Program-made: the position numbers and the translations under genes | Notes under the pieces: model-generated | The model's input: the letters and a program-made list of their open reading frames with translations, nothing else | The model's database searches: none | Told to the model about the DNA's origin: nothing | Assembly: GCF_964355755.1 (NCBI RefSeq) | Contig: NC_092675.1 | Coordinates: 29,732,912 to 29,796,911 of the forward strand | Reading direction: 5' to 3' | Length of the DNA: 64,000 nucleotides | From: Antedon mediterranea | Taxonomy: Eukaryota > Animalia > Echinodermata | Shown: one piece after another, positions 37,097 through 51,159 of the stretch | Layout: the number at the start of each line of letters is the position of its first letter | Position numbering within the stretch: position 1 is the first letter of the stretch

Positions 37097-40000
37097 CTAT
37101 CTCTTAGCTCCCTTGATAAGTCCATCTTGTATCAGCTTGTTGTACTCATTTAACTGATGTTGTACATCACGTACGATTGGTTGGTAGTCACTCTCCATGC
37201 TCTTGTTAGCAATGACTTATCAAACGGAAAAAGTTAAGAAAAAGCAAAATATTGAATGTATATCTATAATACGTAAAAAAGTTATACCATTAATATTAAA
37301 AGTTTACGAAGATAAATTAAATAGGTTTACACTCTAAATAATATTATCATAATAATATGGTTCAGTATAAGCAATATAAAAAGTTTGAAATCAAAATCTA
37401 ATTTGGTATTTTAATATTTAAAATATAAGGATACATTCTTTCATGACAAAGTTATTCTGTTCATGGTGTTGCCATTTCCGTTCCATGTTGCCAAGTTGTG
37501 TGAATGTCTCATTCTCGTTCAACTGTGCTTTCAGTGCTTCGTATTGGCTGGACAGCTCCTGCATGTCTGTATATAATGTATGCCATCATAAACAACTTTT
37601 TCATGAGAAATTCAACCTAACAATTACGGTTATAAAGCTCTGTCTACACTATCAAACTAGTTTCACAAAAAAAAAATGTGATGAGCCCAAATATGGTAGT
37701 GATGTGTCCAAATATGGTAGTGATATGACATCATCATGTCCATATATGGGCACATCACAATTTTTAGTCACATAAAGTTTAATAGTGTAGACAGAGCTTT
37801 AGAGTTTGGGCTTTATATGTCTGCCAATGTTTGTCTTTCTTTCAGAGAGTTCTCCTACTACAATCTTTTCAGACAAGACCTGATAAACATGTGTGAATAT
37901 TAACAATAATTATTCACAAAATGCACTCTTCAAATTTAAAATAAACAAAGAATGAAAATTCAATAGAAAGAACATATTTAGTATTTTTACCTTTTTTGTA
38001 AATTTCCTTTCTTTTTGCCAAAATTACTTTTTCCTGACCAAGTTTCTGTAAAAATATACAAAATAACATATGAATATATATCCAAACATCCCAAAAAAAC
38101 AGAGTACAACATGACACTTATATATCTTGATCTTGGGACTTTTGAGGATGTGCCTGTGTGTCCCTCCATCAATAAACAAAATAATGATAAGGAGAAAACT
38201 TTAAAATGTGGTTAAACGCTGTTTACACTATAAAAATGTGATGTGCCCATATATAGACATGATGATTTGGGCATATCACTACCGTATTTGAGCACATCGC
38301 ACTTTTTGTCAAACTAGTTTGATAGTGTAGACAGAGCTTTAGACCACTTACCTTTTTCTTTTCTTCAGCATTCTTCTTGACCGTCTCCAGGTCACTGAAG
38401 ACGTCCAGTTCACTCTGCATCTCGTCAATTGCCAATTTCAGTTGTTCCATCTCTTCTTTGATCTTCATCTCCAGTTGCTCAACTTTCTCAAGATCCACTT
38501 GTAGTCGGGTACTCTCTGAAAGAAAATAAAACATTGGTAGACACGTACAAAAGAGAGGGAATATTATATGTTAAATTAAACATAAAAAAATCAAGAATGG
38601 CAAATAAAATAGTTTGAGCTGTACAGGTTGTGAGTGGAACTAGTAACGATATTACTTGGATATCATCAAGAGTAAACTACATTTGATCGAGGATCCTTTG
38701 AAAATCAGATTCATGTTTTAAGTCTTTGGATGACATTTTCATGATTTTTGTACTCCAACTTAACTTAACTATGAAACTTTATGTGACAAAAAATGTGATG
38801 TGCCCATATGGAAATGATGATGACATGATATATGGGCACATCAAACTTTTTTTGTCAAATTAGTTTGATAGTGTAGACAGAGCTTTAGGCTGTGAAAGAG
38901 GATGAAAGTATGGGATTACTATGATCACTCACCACCAGCAAGAGATGATGCAGTGGCTTCAGATTTCTGCATCTCATTCTGTTTAAAATTCAAGTCATCT
39001 TGCATACGAGCTAATTCCTTAGGTGTTGGCATGTGCTTCTGTCGACCAACATTCTAAAAATAACACACCTCATTAACATGTCTACAATTAGTACAGGAAA
39101 GATAGGCTCAATAGAATTAGTAAAAGGTTGAACAAATTGCAACAGAATTTATTTATATTTCATTACAATGCATTTCTATAAGGTCCATATATGAACATAC
39201 TAAACGTCTAGAAAAATTCTGATAGGATAAATAGGTTTTTTCAAAGAAATTTTTTTATTACAAATCAAAATGGCCGCCAATTGTCTAAAAATTGATCAAA
39301 AAGCAAAAATAAAATACTTATAGCATGTATAATTTATATAGTTCTGATTGGCTTTAAACTTAATGGATAATTACATTATTATATATACTTACTTATACTG
39401 TAGTATATATAATTTATATAGTGATGATTAATTTACTTAATGAATAATTACAAATCATTTGATTTATTGATTGGAATGATAAATACAATAATACAGTATG
39501 TTGCAACTAACCCTGCTGATATGTCCAAGTAAGGCAACTATACTTAATGCATAATTACAAATCATTTGATTTATTGATGGAATGATAAATACAATGTTGC
39601 AACTAACCCTGCTGATATGTCCAAGTAAGGCAACTATACTTAATGAATAATTACAAATCATTTGATTTATTGATTGGAATGATAAATACAATGTTGCAAC
39701 TAACCCTGCTGATATGTCCAAGTAAGGCAACTATACTGCTCTGTAGCATCTCATTTCGCTCCTAAAAGAAACAAAAACAAATGGGAAAACACTGCTTTTA
39801 GATTCTACATTGTTCATAAAGCTCTGTTTACACTATCAAAAATATATCATCGTGTCCACATATGAGCACATCACATTTTGTAAGTGTAATAGTGTAGACA
39901 GAGCTTAATACAAGTTTTAAATAAAAAGGGTGAAAAATCATCCATCTCATACAAACACTACAAATACTGTACATACATACTACACTTACCAACTCTAGCT

Positions 40001-43000
40001 TTTTAGTTTCTTCAAAACTGTTAAAGAATTCTGAAAAAAAACAAAACAAAAATAAGTTCAATTACGAGACTGAACAATTTAAACAATGTTACCATAATGA
40101 ATGTGAATATATGCTATTAAAATAATTGAGAAAGAAACATACCAGATACCTGCAATAATGTTATGCTATTATGTGTTATACAATATGTGATAATCTACAT
40201 GGTAGATGGATGAAGCTATTGTTTTAACCATGTGACTATATGTGGCGTAGGTTTTTATATATTTATATTTATATATATTCAGGTTGGAAGTATCAGACCG
40301 TTAGGATAGAGTGCTCAATACCAAGGTAGAGCATAAATAAATAAAATAACAGCAGAAAACTTGGTTACTTCATTGTTTTAATCGCTACAAATCTGTTTCG
40401 TACGACCAGCATGTAGCTGGCGCACTCTTCAGGTGAAATATAAAAACATAAGTGACACAGTTATATCACAGGACTTAATTCAAGTGAGTCATCAGGAAGT
40501 CGTATACAATAGCCTATTGTTTCAATTAGATAAACTATTTGGATCTGCAATTTAGTAAGAACTTTTTCCTATACAGTATATATATATATTTTTGTTTCCT
40601 TTGTTCTTGAGCTATGGATTAATTTTTTTTATCCCGAAATAAAAGATGAATGAATAATTGTTATTATTTTGTAAATAATGAATGCCAAAATGTGCATATA
40701 TAAGATGACAAAGACACATACCAGACATGGTTTCTTCTCTCTTCTTCAATTCCTTGTACTTGCTATTCTTTTCACCTGTAATGCAACAAATAAATGCAAA
40801 AAATATGCGTATATCTCCAAGTGTACAATGTTTTAAAAAATTGTTAAAAAGTTTTTTTTCCTAAGGAAATTTAGATGTTCTATTTGACCTTGTATACTGT
40901 TCTAATTATTGTACAGCGATTTGGTCCTATAAATCTATATAGTATAGCATATAGTACACATACCATACCAATGATAACATCATTCTTAAAACACAATTGA
41001 CTAACTAAGACTGTAAAGAAATTGTTTCAATGAATATACCTTGATGGTCTTCTAATTCCTGATCCAATTCTTGCAGCTCATTTTGTAAGCTCATAACTTG
41101 ATCTTTAAATTCTTTCGTCCTAAAAGATATAATAGAAATATTAAACTTGAATGAAATTGATAGAAAACATTACACATTGTTGGCCTGACTGGTGTCTAGT
41201 CTGTCCAACAACATATTAGATGGGCCATCTTCCAAAAGACGGTTATACTTTATTGAATGTTGAGATATCTGTTCTATTTTGTTCTGAATTAGGATGTGAA
41301 TGTTGATCACGCATAAACATAATATCACCATATCATCCCTATACATAATATTTTTAAAGGGGAAATGTAAAGTGGAGAGGTGCAAATTAATAAAAAAATA
41401 AATAAAAGGCCCCCAGGCATTTATTTTGATGAGGGTCCTTTATTCAAATAAATATGGTAAACAAAAAATCTGAAAAAAGAAATACTCACTGTTTTTCAAT
41501 TCTTGCTATCTCTTGGTTGTCCTCCTTGACTTGTCTTAGTAGTTTCTCTCGTTCTTCAGCTGGTGAGCCTTTTGATTGCTCCTCTTGGATCAACTGCATC
41601 TTCTTTGTTTCCAATTCGTGAAGTTGTTCGTACAAACGAACTGCTTCTTGTTTTACTTGTGACTGAGACAGTTCCTGAATTTAAACAATAACATTCATAA
41701 CAAAATATAAATATTAATACACACAATAGAACCGAACCCTTGGGACACTCCAATCATGGGACACTCCAATCATGGGACACTCCAATCATGGGACACTCCA
41801 ATCATGGGACACCCCAATCATGGGACACTCCAATCATGGGACACTCCAATCATGGGACACCCAATCATGGAACACTCCAATCATGGGACACTCCAATCAT
41901 TGGACACTCCAATCATTGGACACTCCAATCACGGGACACTCCAATCACGGGACACTCCAATCACGGGACACTCCAATCATGGAACACTCCAATCATGGGA
42001 CACTCCAATCATGGGACACTCCAATCATGGGACACTCCAATCATGGGACACTCCAATCATGGGACACTCCAATCATGGGACACTCCAATCACGGGACACT
42101 CCAATCATTGGACACTCCAATCACGGGACACTCCAATCATTGGAACACTCCAATCATGGGACACTCCAATCATGGGACACTCCAATCATGGGACACTCCA
42201 ATCATGGGACACTCCAATTAAGAGTGAAAAAAGTTTTATGTTTGACCCAGGGAAGAGTGATGTACAGTAATTTCAATCTTCTCTGGTTTAATCTAACCCA
42301 TATTCAGGTGGACACTCCAATTAAGAGGACACTTTCTGGTGAAACAAACAAGAAATTATTTAGGTTTAAACACTACATCCACCCACATTTCAGGGGTCAC
42401 CTATACTCTGTTAGATCCCAAAGGTTTACTAGGCCCATAGGATTTCTACTGTATACATACATCTTCCAGGTTTTCCTTTTTTGTGCTGATCATGTCTAAC
42501 TCTTGTTGTTTGCCCTCTAAATCTTGAGACAGCTTTTCACTTGTCTTCTTCAGGTGAACATATTTCTGTTTCATTACAGGGTCCTGTCAATTAGAAAAAA
42601 AAAACATTAATTGGCAAGAAATTAACATTCGTCAATTAAGTACAATCCTAAACTTTATTCTGACAAGCAGTATTTAAACATAAAGCTCTGTCTACACTAT
42701 CAAACTTTATGTGACAAAAAAAATGTAATGTGCCCATATATGGACATGATGATGTTATATCACTACCATATTTAAGCATATCACTACCATATTTGGGCAC
42801 ATTGTCAAAACTAGTTTGATAGTGCAGACAAAGCTTTAGGATGATTCTTACCATGTCTTCTATAAGTGTGTCTGCCATTCGTCTACATTGCTGAATCTCT
42901 TGCTCAATTTGCTGAATTTGATGTTCTTTACTAAATAAAAATAAAACAGTTGTCACATAAATAACTAGTCTATCTTGCCTTTGTGTCTAAAGCTCTGTCT

Positions 43001-46000
43001 GCACTATCAAACTAGTTTGACAAAAAAAAGGTGATGTGGTCAAATAGGGTAGTGATATGCCCAAAGATGGTAGTAATATCATCATCATGTCCATATATGG
43101 GCACATCACATATTTTGTCACATAGAGATTGATAGTGTAGACAGGGCTTTACAGAAATTGTGCAACTTTCCTTCAATCAATTGTAGTATTCTGATTAGAG
43201 AATACTCCCTCCATTTCTGTATTAATTCTTTTCTGTTTCCCACTTTCTGTCAAAGTAGTAGCATTATAATAACTATAACTGTGCTCCTTGTTAAACATGT
43301 TAATGAAAGGAAGTTTAAATACTTACTCTTGTCTTTCAGAGAAAATTACATCTATATTTTTTGCTTCCTCTTCATTCATTTCTTTAAGCTGTAAACAATT
43401 ATTATTGGTTATTACTACAACTATTTATTATAGTCAGTGGCGTAACAGCTATGAGCGCTCACTGGCTAAATCCAGGGGCCCCAAGCCATAAGAGGGCCAG
43501 GGCATGAGCAGCCTCAGTGCAATTGCCTAGCATTGGAGGCCTGTTAGAAGTGTTAAACCAGGGGCTTTTGTTCCCTGTGTTACGTCAATGGCTTGACAAA
43601 ATCATTTATAATAAAAATAGGACCAGAACTAATAATGATTTACGTTATGATTTACGTTATCCCACTTTATTTTTATTACGATTAACAATCAACAGTATTT
43701 TGTGTTAAATGATGGTTCTTCCAAAATTAACCACATACCTCATTATAATCTTCAATAACATCATCCATCTCAGTGTCTGTGTTTACTTTATCAAGTAGCT
43801 AAGAAAACAATAAAATGATTGTTTATGATGTCATAATATAATGTCTCACTTAAATGAAAACCCCTTTTTAATTCTATACCAACATCTCAATCGTCTTCAA
43901 CTCCAAGGCCTTAATGACAACCTCAAACATGTGTGTGCTTTTTAGGGCAAGTAATCTTCAACCCCAATGCCTTAATGACAACCTCAAACATGTGTGTGCT
44001 TTTTAGGGCAAGTAACATACAATAACATACTAAACTGCTGTAGGTATATTTTGAAATTAGATTCCCTAATTTATAGTAAATGGACTTATATTATTTGAAT
44101 ATTTTGTATACAGTAGGTGCATACTGGAATAGTTGTTGTGGGCTAAAGCTATTACAATACCATTGTTTACACACCATATTGTAATCTCCCAGTTGTCCCT
44201 GCAGTTGCTTAATTTCATTAGCTTTCAACTCCGCTCTGCGAAAACAAAACATTTTCATGACATATATATAATAATAATTTTTAGATTTAAAAATCAGTGA
44301 CAAAACAATGCACAGAAAGACAAATCACCAAATAGACCTTTATGCAGCTAGTTTGACATTATATATTAATACCTTTTCTCATATGATAAAAAGCTATCAT
44401 TCTCGTCATTAACTGTGTCTATTTCTTTTTGTAGTCTTGCGTTTTCAGTGGCTAACTCACTCATCTTGGTGCGTAGCAGTCCAAGGTAGTAGGACGAGTC
44501 CATAACTACACGCTGCGGACCTATTAATATGCAGCAATTTAAAAGATTTTAAAACATAACCATTTTGTTTGTATTTGTTTTCATTCAGCCAATTGTGATT
44601 CAAAAACTCATTTATTTAGCAAATTTCAAATTGGCACAATATAACATCTTTGACTATTAGTTGATCATTTAGAATAAAATGATCACCTATTGTTATTGTA
44701 TGGTATCTTAAATTATGATGATTATTATTATTTTATTATATACTAAACACATTTCGAAAGACAAGGCTGAATAAAAACACAAATAAGAAATATCAAGGGA
44801 GACAACAAAGCAGAAATTACCTTTCTTAGCTGTCCTCATACCCCCTAGCCCTTGCTGTGTTGTGGGCCGATCAACTACATTTATCCTGGAATCTAGCACT
44901 AATAATGAATAAAATAAACAATTTTATAATTCTAAATAAAAGTAGAAAATTGCATATTATTCAGAATTACCAAACAATTTAGCCACATGTAAATTGATGC
45001 CATGTATCTTTCTTGAAGTTGATTCAATCAAACTCACCCCCTCCTGTTGGTAATGTACCCCCTCTGGTTCCTGGTCTCCCGGTTCCTGGTACTTGCTATG
45101 AATTAAAAAAAAAAAAGTCATCTAGAATATTAGCATAGCACTGTTTCTTGATATTGTTGATGTGCTATTGTCATATTACATTGAATTTATAACATAACAA
45201 CTCACACAGCAGGAGTAACATTATACAAAGTTATTGTATACGCTATCCTGCTGTAAGACTTGGTGCTTACCTCATTTAAGAAAGTACCAACTCTCACAGC
45301 AGGAGTAATACAATTTTATTCAGTAATTTGTGACTAGACTGGAAAGATAAATTACAATATTCTAAAACAGTAATTTAATGACTAACTTTTTATATATTTA
45401 TTTTAAAGTTTATGATGAAAGTAGTGCAGAATTAAAACTGCAAAAATAAGCTGCAAGCAATGGCAAATGTACAGATTTTAAACATATTTTTAAATAATAA
45501 AACTGAATGTAGGCCCTATGGCAGACTGTTGTTTACCATTGCACCTGTAGGAACTCGCATTCCTGTTGCTGGTGGCGCTTGTTTCATTCCCGATGCTGGT
45601 CTCATTCCTGTTGTTGGTCGACGACCTGAACTACTCATTGGACGACTCCTGAAAAAAACCAAATCCAAATTTTGATTATTAAACATTCTTATTAATTAGG
45701 CCTAGCCTACCTAGTCCTCTAGCCTAGCCGTAGATAGCAGGGAGATGTAAATAAAAAAATAATAATTTATTACATCTCCCTGATTTTATAGTAGGCTAAT
45801 TTTGGTAAACAGGCAATGAGGCTAGGCTAGGCCTAGTGTCGTTTTATTTACAATTTACTTAAAAGACCCCATCACATCCATCCCCAACATGTAGTCTATC
45901 TAGCCTAGGCAAGCTGGTACTTCTCATCAAGAGGAGACCACCAGCAGGCTGCGGAGAGCCAATTTCAGCCAGTGAGTGAGTGTGCAGAGAGAGAGTCGGA

Positions 46001-46095
46001 CTTGGTTAGTTAGGCCTAGCTAGCAAGCAAAGTAGTCTTGTATAAACACTTGAATTAACTATATTATCATTTATTAAATATAAACAAACTTACAT
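37097..46095 (-). CDS. IFT74: Intraflagellar transport protein 74, multi-exon
   Basis: [18 protein letters not shown]; [14 protein letters not shown]; [10 protein letters not shown]; [19 protein letters not shown]; [12 protein letters not shown]; [39 protein letters not shown]; stop TAG ends at 37097. Confidence 0.95.
37216..37434 (-). other. U12-type (minor spliceosome) GT-AG intron, last intron of IFT74
   Basis: 5' splice site GTATCCTT; branch-like TTCTTAAC about 18 nt upstream of the AG; splicing restores MKE-F-IANK. Confidence 0.88.
37635..37799. mobile_element. ~165-bp MITE with TA TSD (representative of about 10 copies)
   Basis: TIR AAGCTCTGTCTACACTATCAAACT flanked by TA. Other full or partial copies near 21740, 23858, 38222, 38775, 39819, 42683, 42989, 48328 and 60275. 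Confidence 0.88.
39430..39740 (-). repeat. ~100-bp tandem triplication of an IFT74 exon 3' half plus its donor
   Basis: AGTATAGTTGCCTTACTTGGACATATCAGCAGG|GTTAGTTGCAAC occurs three times. Confidence 0.88.
40382..40436 (-). ncRNA. Minimal type I hammerhead ribozyme motif (Penelope-like-element type)
   Basis: TCAC-CTGAAGA-GTGCGCCAGC(TACAT)GCTGGTCGTAC-GAAACA(GATT)TGTA-GCGA: core, long stem II, short stem III, GUA cleavage triplet and one mismatch in stem I. Confidence 0.72.
41740..42218. repeat. 16-bp minisatellite, about 30 copies, probably inside a Tc1/mariner-like MITE remnant
   Basis: (TGGGACACTCCAATCA)n; flanks CAATAGAACC (~41724) and GGATTTCTACTGTA (~42440) resemble CAGTAGAA-type TIRs. 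Confidence 0.85.
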
Positions 46096-46187
46096 TTAAT
46101 AAATAAAATTGCATACAATAATCTAGGTCCTACACCTTAATAATTAATGATAACAATATTTTAATCTGCGGCGGCGAAGTGCAACCC

Positions 46188-47459
46188 GTTGGCAAAGCAA
46201 CTCCGGAATTTCCTCTCGCAAAAGTTTGATAGAGGGCGCTTATTCTAAAACAGATAATTAATTTCAATAATAAAATGTGCGTACAGTACTATTACAGTAT
46301 ATACATTTATTATTAATATAAAAAAAGGTGGTATATTATTATGAAAGAATGTTTTATGTTTTGGGACCTTTAATCCGATACCTTTATAAATGATCAAAAT
46401 CACCATCGGATAGCTGGAAGCTGTTAATATTGAAGTTGAAATCCTCTTAATAATAATAAACAAGAATATTTCTTACAAAAAACGCTGCTCGCTTATTGGT
46501 ATTGCTAAGGTCAAGTCTGGGGGTCACTTCATCACGCCTAGATACTTCAAGTATCCTATTACAAACAAAAACTTCAATGGACTGTTTTGATAATAATTCA
46601 ATGATTATCTGACAGCGAATTATATCATGGGACTCATAAATACCAGAATGCTTTGGGATTTGTCATTAGACTCTTTTCTCAGCCGTTTTTGGATTCAACA
46701 GGTGGTACCAATAAATTATAGTGGAGTTTCCATTTTAACAAAAATGTCAAAGTGTAGTACTATAAAGCTGCTTGATTTCATCTAATGAATGAGTCATCTC
46801 GTGTGACGTAGCGGGCTAGAGCAGCAGCGTGAAAATGTCAAAGTGTAGTACTATAAAGCTGCTTGATTTCATCTAATGAATGAGTCATCTCGTGTGACGT
46901 AGCGGGCTAGAGCAGCAGCGTGAAAATATGACACATAGGCTCATCTGTTGGAAATGCGTCAATACAAGTTTATTTTAAGTTTAGTCCGCCTCTGCTGTCT
47001 TGCTTTAATTCAATGGATATATCTATTTTTCTTCAATTCCAAAAATGTAATCGAAAAAATATTTGATAAAACATGGAATCCATAGAAATAATGGATATGG
47101 TAATTTTATTTTTGTTTATGTTTTTTTTAAATAAAATCATTAGGCATATATGATTGTTTTTTTATTTTTTTGCCAAAACTAAATAACTTTATTTAAAAAA
47201 TACAAAATGCGTTTCAGAGTTTGATTTTATCATACTTAGCCTACGTTTTCATGAAGTTGTCGAGATGTTTTGTAACATGCATTGACCCTCAAAACTGTGA
47301 CGTACACAGTAAGTCTCTATAAATACACAATGTATTTAATCACTGACTAGGCCCAAAACACTTCAACAACACAGTAGTCACCAGAATCAATAAAGGAATA
47401 AGTCTTATTGTCCAATATCAGACACGTGAAAAGCTTCCCATAGCAACGGACGGGCCAAT
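46188..47459. promoter_or_regulatory. Divergent IFT74/TBATA-like promoter region with X-box (RFX)-like and CCAAT motifs
   Basis: GTTGGCAAAGCAAC at 46188-46201; CTTCCCATAGCAAC at 47434-47447; GGCCAATC at ~47453-47460; + strand donor CAG|GTAAGA at 47617/47618. Confidence 0.55.
46742..46926. repeat. 91-bp tandem duplication
   Basis: AAAATGTCAAAGTGTAGTAC...GCAGCAGCGTG occurs twice. Confidence 0.9.
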
Positions 47460-49906
47460 CACAAAGCGAATTCCCCGTACGTGGTTGGACACCCTAAACA
47501 TTAAGAAGTTATGTGTAGTCATGTGTGCTGAACAGTTACGAAGCTTGCTTACTAAGACAGGACGACGATAACAAAATTCGTATCATTTTAAAGTTATAAC
47601 ATCACCAAAAAGCACAGGTAAGATATGAATTATGAAGTACAATTTGTATTTTCGTATTTCGTTATATAAATTTTGACATGACTTGATGATGTGTGTATTG
47701 TTGAGTAGACAAAAAAGATTGAAGATGAACTAAGTGGGATTTCTTATTACTGTGACGTGGTCGTGTGCTTTACGATACCAAGTACGGCCATATTATTATA
47801 TATTTTTATTTAGTAACAACAAACAATTGCTTTGCGTCAATTTACTTCATGTGGCACTAAGCAATGGCCTCTAGTAGGCCCATGGTTACAATTATTAAGG
47901 TCCATGGTAAAAAGAGTCGTGTAACCACTTCAAATTCAATAGCAAACAGTGTACAGTATCAGCTCATATAATAATAATATGTTACGTTACCATAAAATAT
48001 GATATAATATATAACACAGTATAACTATTATAAATAATCAGTCAAGTAGGCCTAACGTTTCCTGAACCTAGCAGGATGTCGTAGACCTATACATACGTTT
48101 ACATGTGCAAACAACATGATCTACTGAATTAAAGTGCAAACAACTCCAAAGACCCGAATAAAGAAAAAGGATATTAAGAATGTATTTTATTAGATTTGCT
48201 TGATAATATCTTTTTAATATTAAGAAATCATTAATGTAACTTGGTTAAAACCATCTTCATCCATATTGGTTTCGTTGAATTTTTAGAGGATTCGAATATA
48301 AACTAAGTTCCTAATTAAATTGAGTGTTAAGCTTTGTCTATACTATCAAACTTTATGTAATGTGATGTGCCCATATATGGACACAATGATGTCATATCAC
48401 TACCATATTTGTGCATATCACTACCATATTTGTGTATATCACTACCATATTTGGGCACATCACATTGTCAAACTAGTTTTGACAGAGCTTTATTGATTGA
48501 TGTATGAGTATTTCAATACAATGTACAATGTGGGTGGTAGGTTTCAGATCTTAGTCCAAAATATTATTATCTGCACTCAACACCAAATATCGACGTAGTT
48601 GAACAACGGAAAGTGTGAAATCAAACGTACTTGGTTAATTACATTATTTGTAATCAATTCTACGTGTGTAAAGCAATCATTAAAATAATTAAAAATAATA
48701 TTTGTGAAATATTCTTTGAGGGAGGTGAATGTAAACACGTTAAAAACATGTTAAAAACAAGGTACCACCAGCGATTGGTATATGTCAGAGACAGTGTGGC
48801 GATCTAAGCTGTTTGAAATGAGGAAGAGGAGAGGATGGGGCATGGCAGGGCCTAACAGGGTAAAATGGGCTCTCACTTGGATCCTCCATTGGCAAAAAAA
48901 CAAAGTAAACTCGTGACAATACGATATACAAAAATAAGGTACCACCAGTGATTGGCAGTGGTGATCTAAGCTGTTTGAAAGGCCGGGTAGAGGGTGGGGC
49001 AGAGGCCTACATAGTTTAAAATGAACTCTCCATTGGATCTTCCAATGACAGAAACCAAAGTTAACCTAAAATAACTAATTAAAAACATTCCATTTACCTA
49101 CATTTTCCCTACGAATTTGTTATACTATTACAGTATTTTGTACAGTAATTCAAACACCCGTAACGATGTAGAAAATTAATGAAATAAAAAAGCAAAACCT
49201 TACTATTTATCTTCTTTATGAATAGTTAATGATTATCTGATTTATGATTGCATTGAATAATGAAGGAAAGATTAACTCTAATAATACTAAGCAATTTATG
49301 ATCTTCTAACGGAAATTGCACAGCTGCGAAATAAACGTAAAAGAAAATAAAATAATTTAAAAAAATCAACTCAAAAAAAATCTCATTTTTAGAAATTCTT
49401 ATCTACAATTTAAAGTATAAGGATATACATGCACAAAAACAATGTTATAATATGTTGGTCCTATCATACAGTACTCTACTGAATGTATTGTCCCCCCAAA
49501 ACATGACGAATTAAGATTAATAACAAAAAAAGACTTGCCACTTGCCAAAATATGCCATTTCGTAGTTTTAATAGTTAGGCCATATCACTTCCGAAAAAAA
49601 AAAACTGAATCAATAAATGTTTTCACATATAAAAAGACAGAATAAATGGTTATATTCAATCAAAAACCCATTTACTTCCAGTCAATTTGATTATTTTTTA
49701 TTTAAATTACAGTTTTTTTTTAGATATTTTTTGTTTCGATCCAATTTTTGATCGAGAATAACTATTATGTGAAATTAAAATGACATATTCAACACAAACA
49801 TTAACAACAATTTTTTTCATGGGGACAATTCATCTTTAATACATTTCTGGCACCTCTCTTCTAAGATGTTTAGTTGTTTGACCTTTATTTAAAATTCATA
49901 AATTAA

Positions 49907-50532
49907 AGCCCCATTCCCTACGTTTTTTAGATCTAATTTAAGATCACAAACTATATTTAATGTAAAAATAATACTATATGGTCCTATTGTGATAACTTTT
50001 TTCGTCTTTAAACGGTTAAAAATGTGAAAAATAAGTCGATTCTAATAATTATAGCGGCCCGCTATAAATCCCAAAATGCATTGCGCGCGGATTGATATTT
50101 TTGTTTTTCACCTGTAATTCGCCCACTTTTCGATCGATCGTGAGGCCAAAACAAATGGAAGACTCCTAACTTTTCAGCGAAAATACCGGGTTTTCCCCAA
50201 TTTGTATCAACGGAGTCTGGCAAAAATAGAAAGACAATTAAAGCAGCAACTATACAACGTCAGGCTAGGTATATAGCTTGCGTACGATGTTCGTACGTTA
50301 CCGATGTTTACCAGCTAGGCCTACAAAACTAAGCCTAGCTAGGCTAGGCCTAAGACCGTCCACGAGAGGTCGATCGCCGCGAGCTACTTAGGTAGTGCAT
50401 TGTTTCTCACTTTTTATCATAATTTACCATAAAACGTACATTTAAGACAAGGAATGACATGGTTTAATGTTTTTAAAGTGATATATATGTATTATTTTCC
50501 AAAAAACGTCCAAAATTGCAGGGAAAGGGTCT
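49907..50532 (+). mobile_element. TTAA-flanked non-autonomous DNA transposon (Kolobok-like)
   Basis: TTAA|AGCCCCATTCCCTAC...GCAGGGAAAGGGTCT|TTAA; second partial copy at 3322-3674. Confidence 0.75.
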
Positions 50533-51159
50533 TTAATAGTGGACGATTGTTGCTGTGTGTTGTGGCCTAATTTGTGAATGGTTACGTTCCTTTAAAAGTT
50601 TAACAAATAGAATCAACTATACGGAAACATTATAGCAAACTTGGCCAATTAAAAACATTCCATTTACCTACGTTTTTCTTACGAATGCTACAGAGTGATT
50701 GATTATTCTACTATAGTATTTTGCACTTTTAATTCAAACACAGTAAAACCATCGATCATTGTTTCGGTCAGGTTTGTTAAGAACATGACAAATATTGAAG
50801 TGCTAACAAATCAATGATTAAATTAGAGCATTTAAATTACACGTTTTGTGTTCTTAGATTTAATGTTCTTGTCAGAACAAACACGATAAATCAATACAAA
50901 TAATGACTACAATATTACAAAGTATGATCTCCAAGGCAACGGCTCGTTTTCAACAACCAATTAATAATCAGAATAGATGCTACTTTGTTTAAAAGTGTGT
51001 TTAACGCTCCCACTGCCATCAATTAAACTGCACAAACAAATACTGCAATACCGTACTAAAAATAAAAAAAATCCCATTTTTTTTTTATTATTGAAAGGAC
51101 CATTTGTTATTATACCGTACTTATCATCCAAACAAATTGTGCTATTATACTCAATGTTA

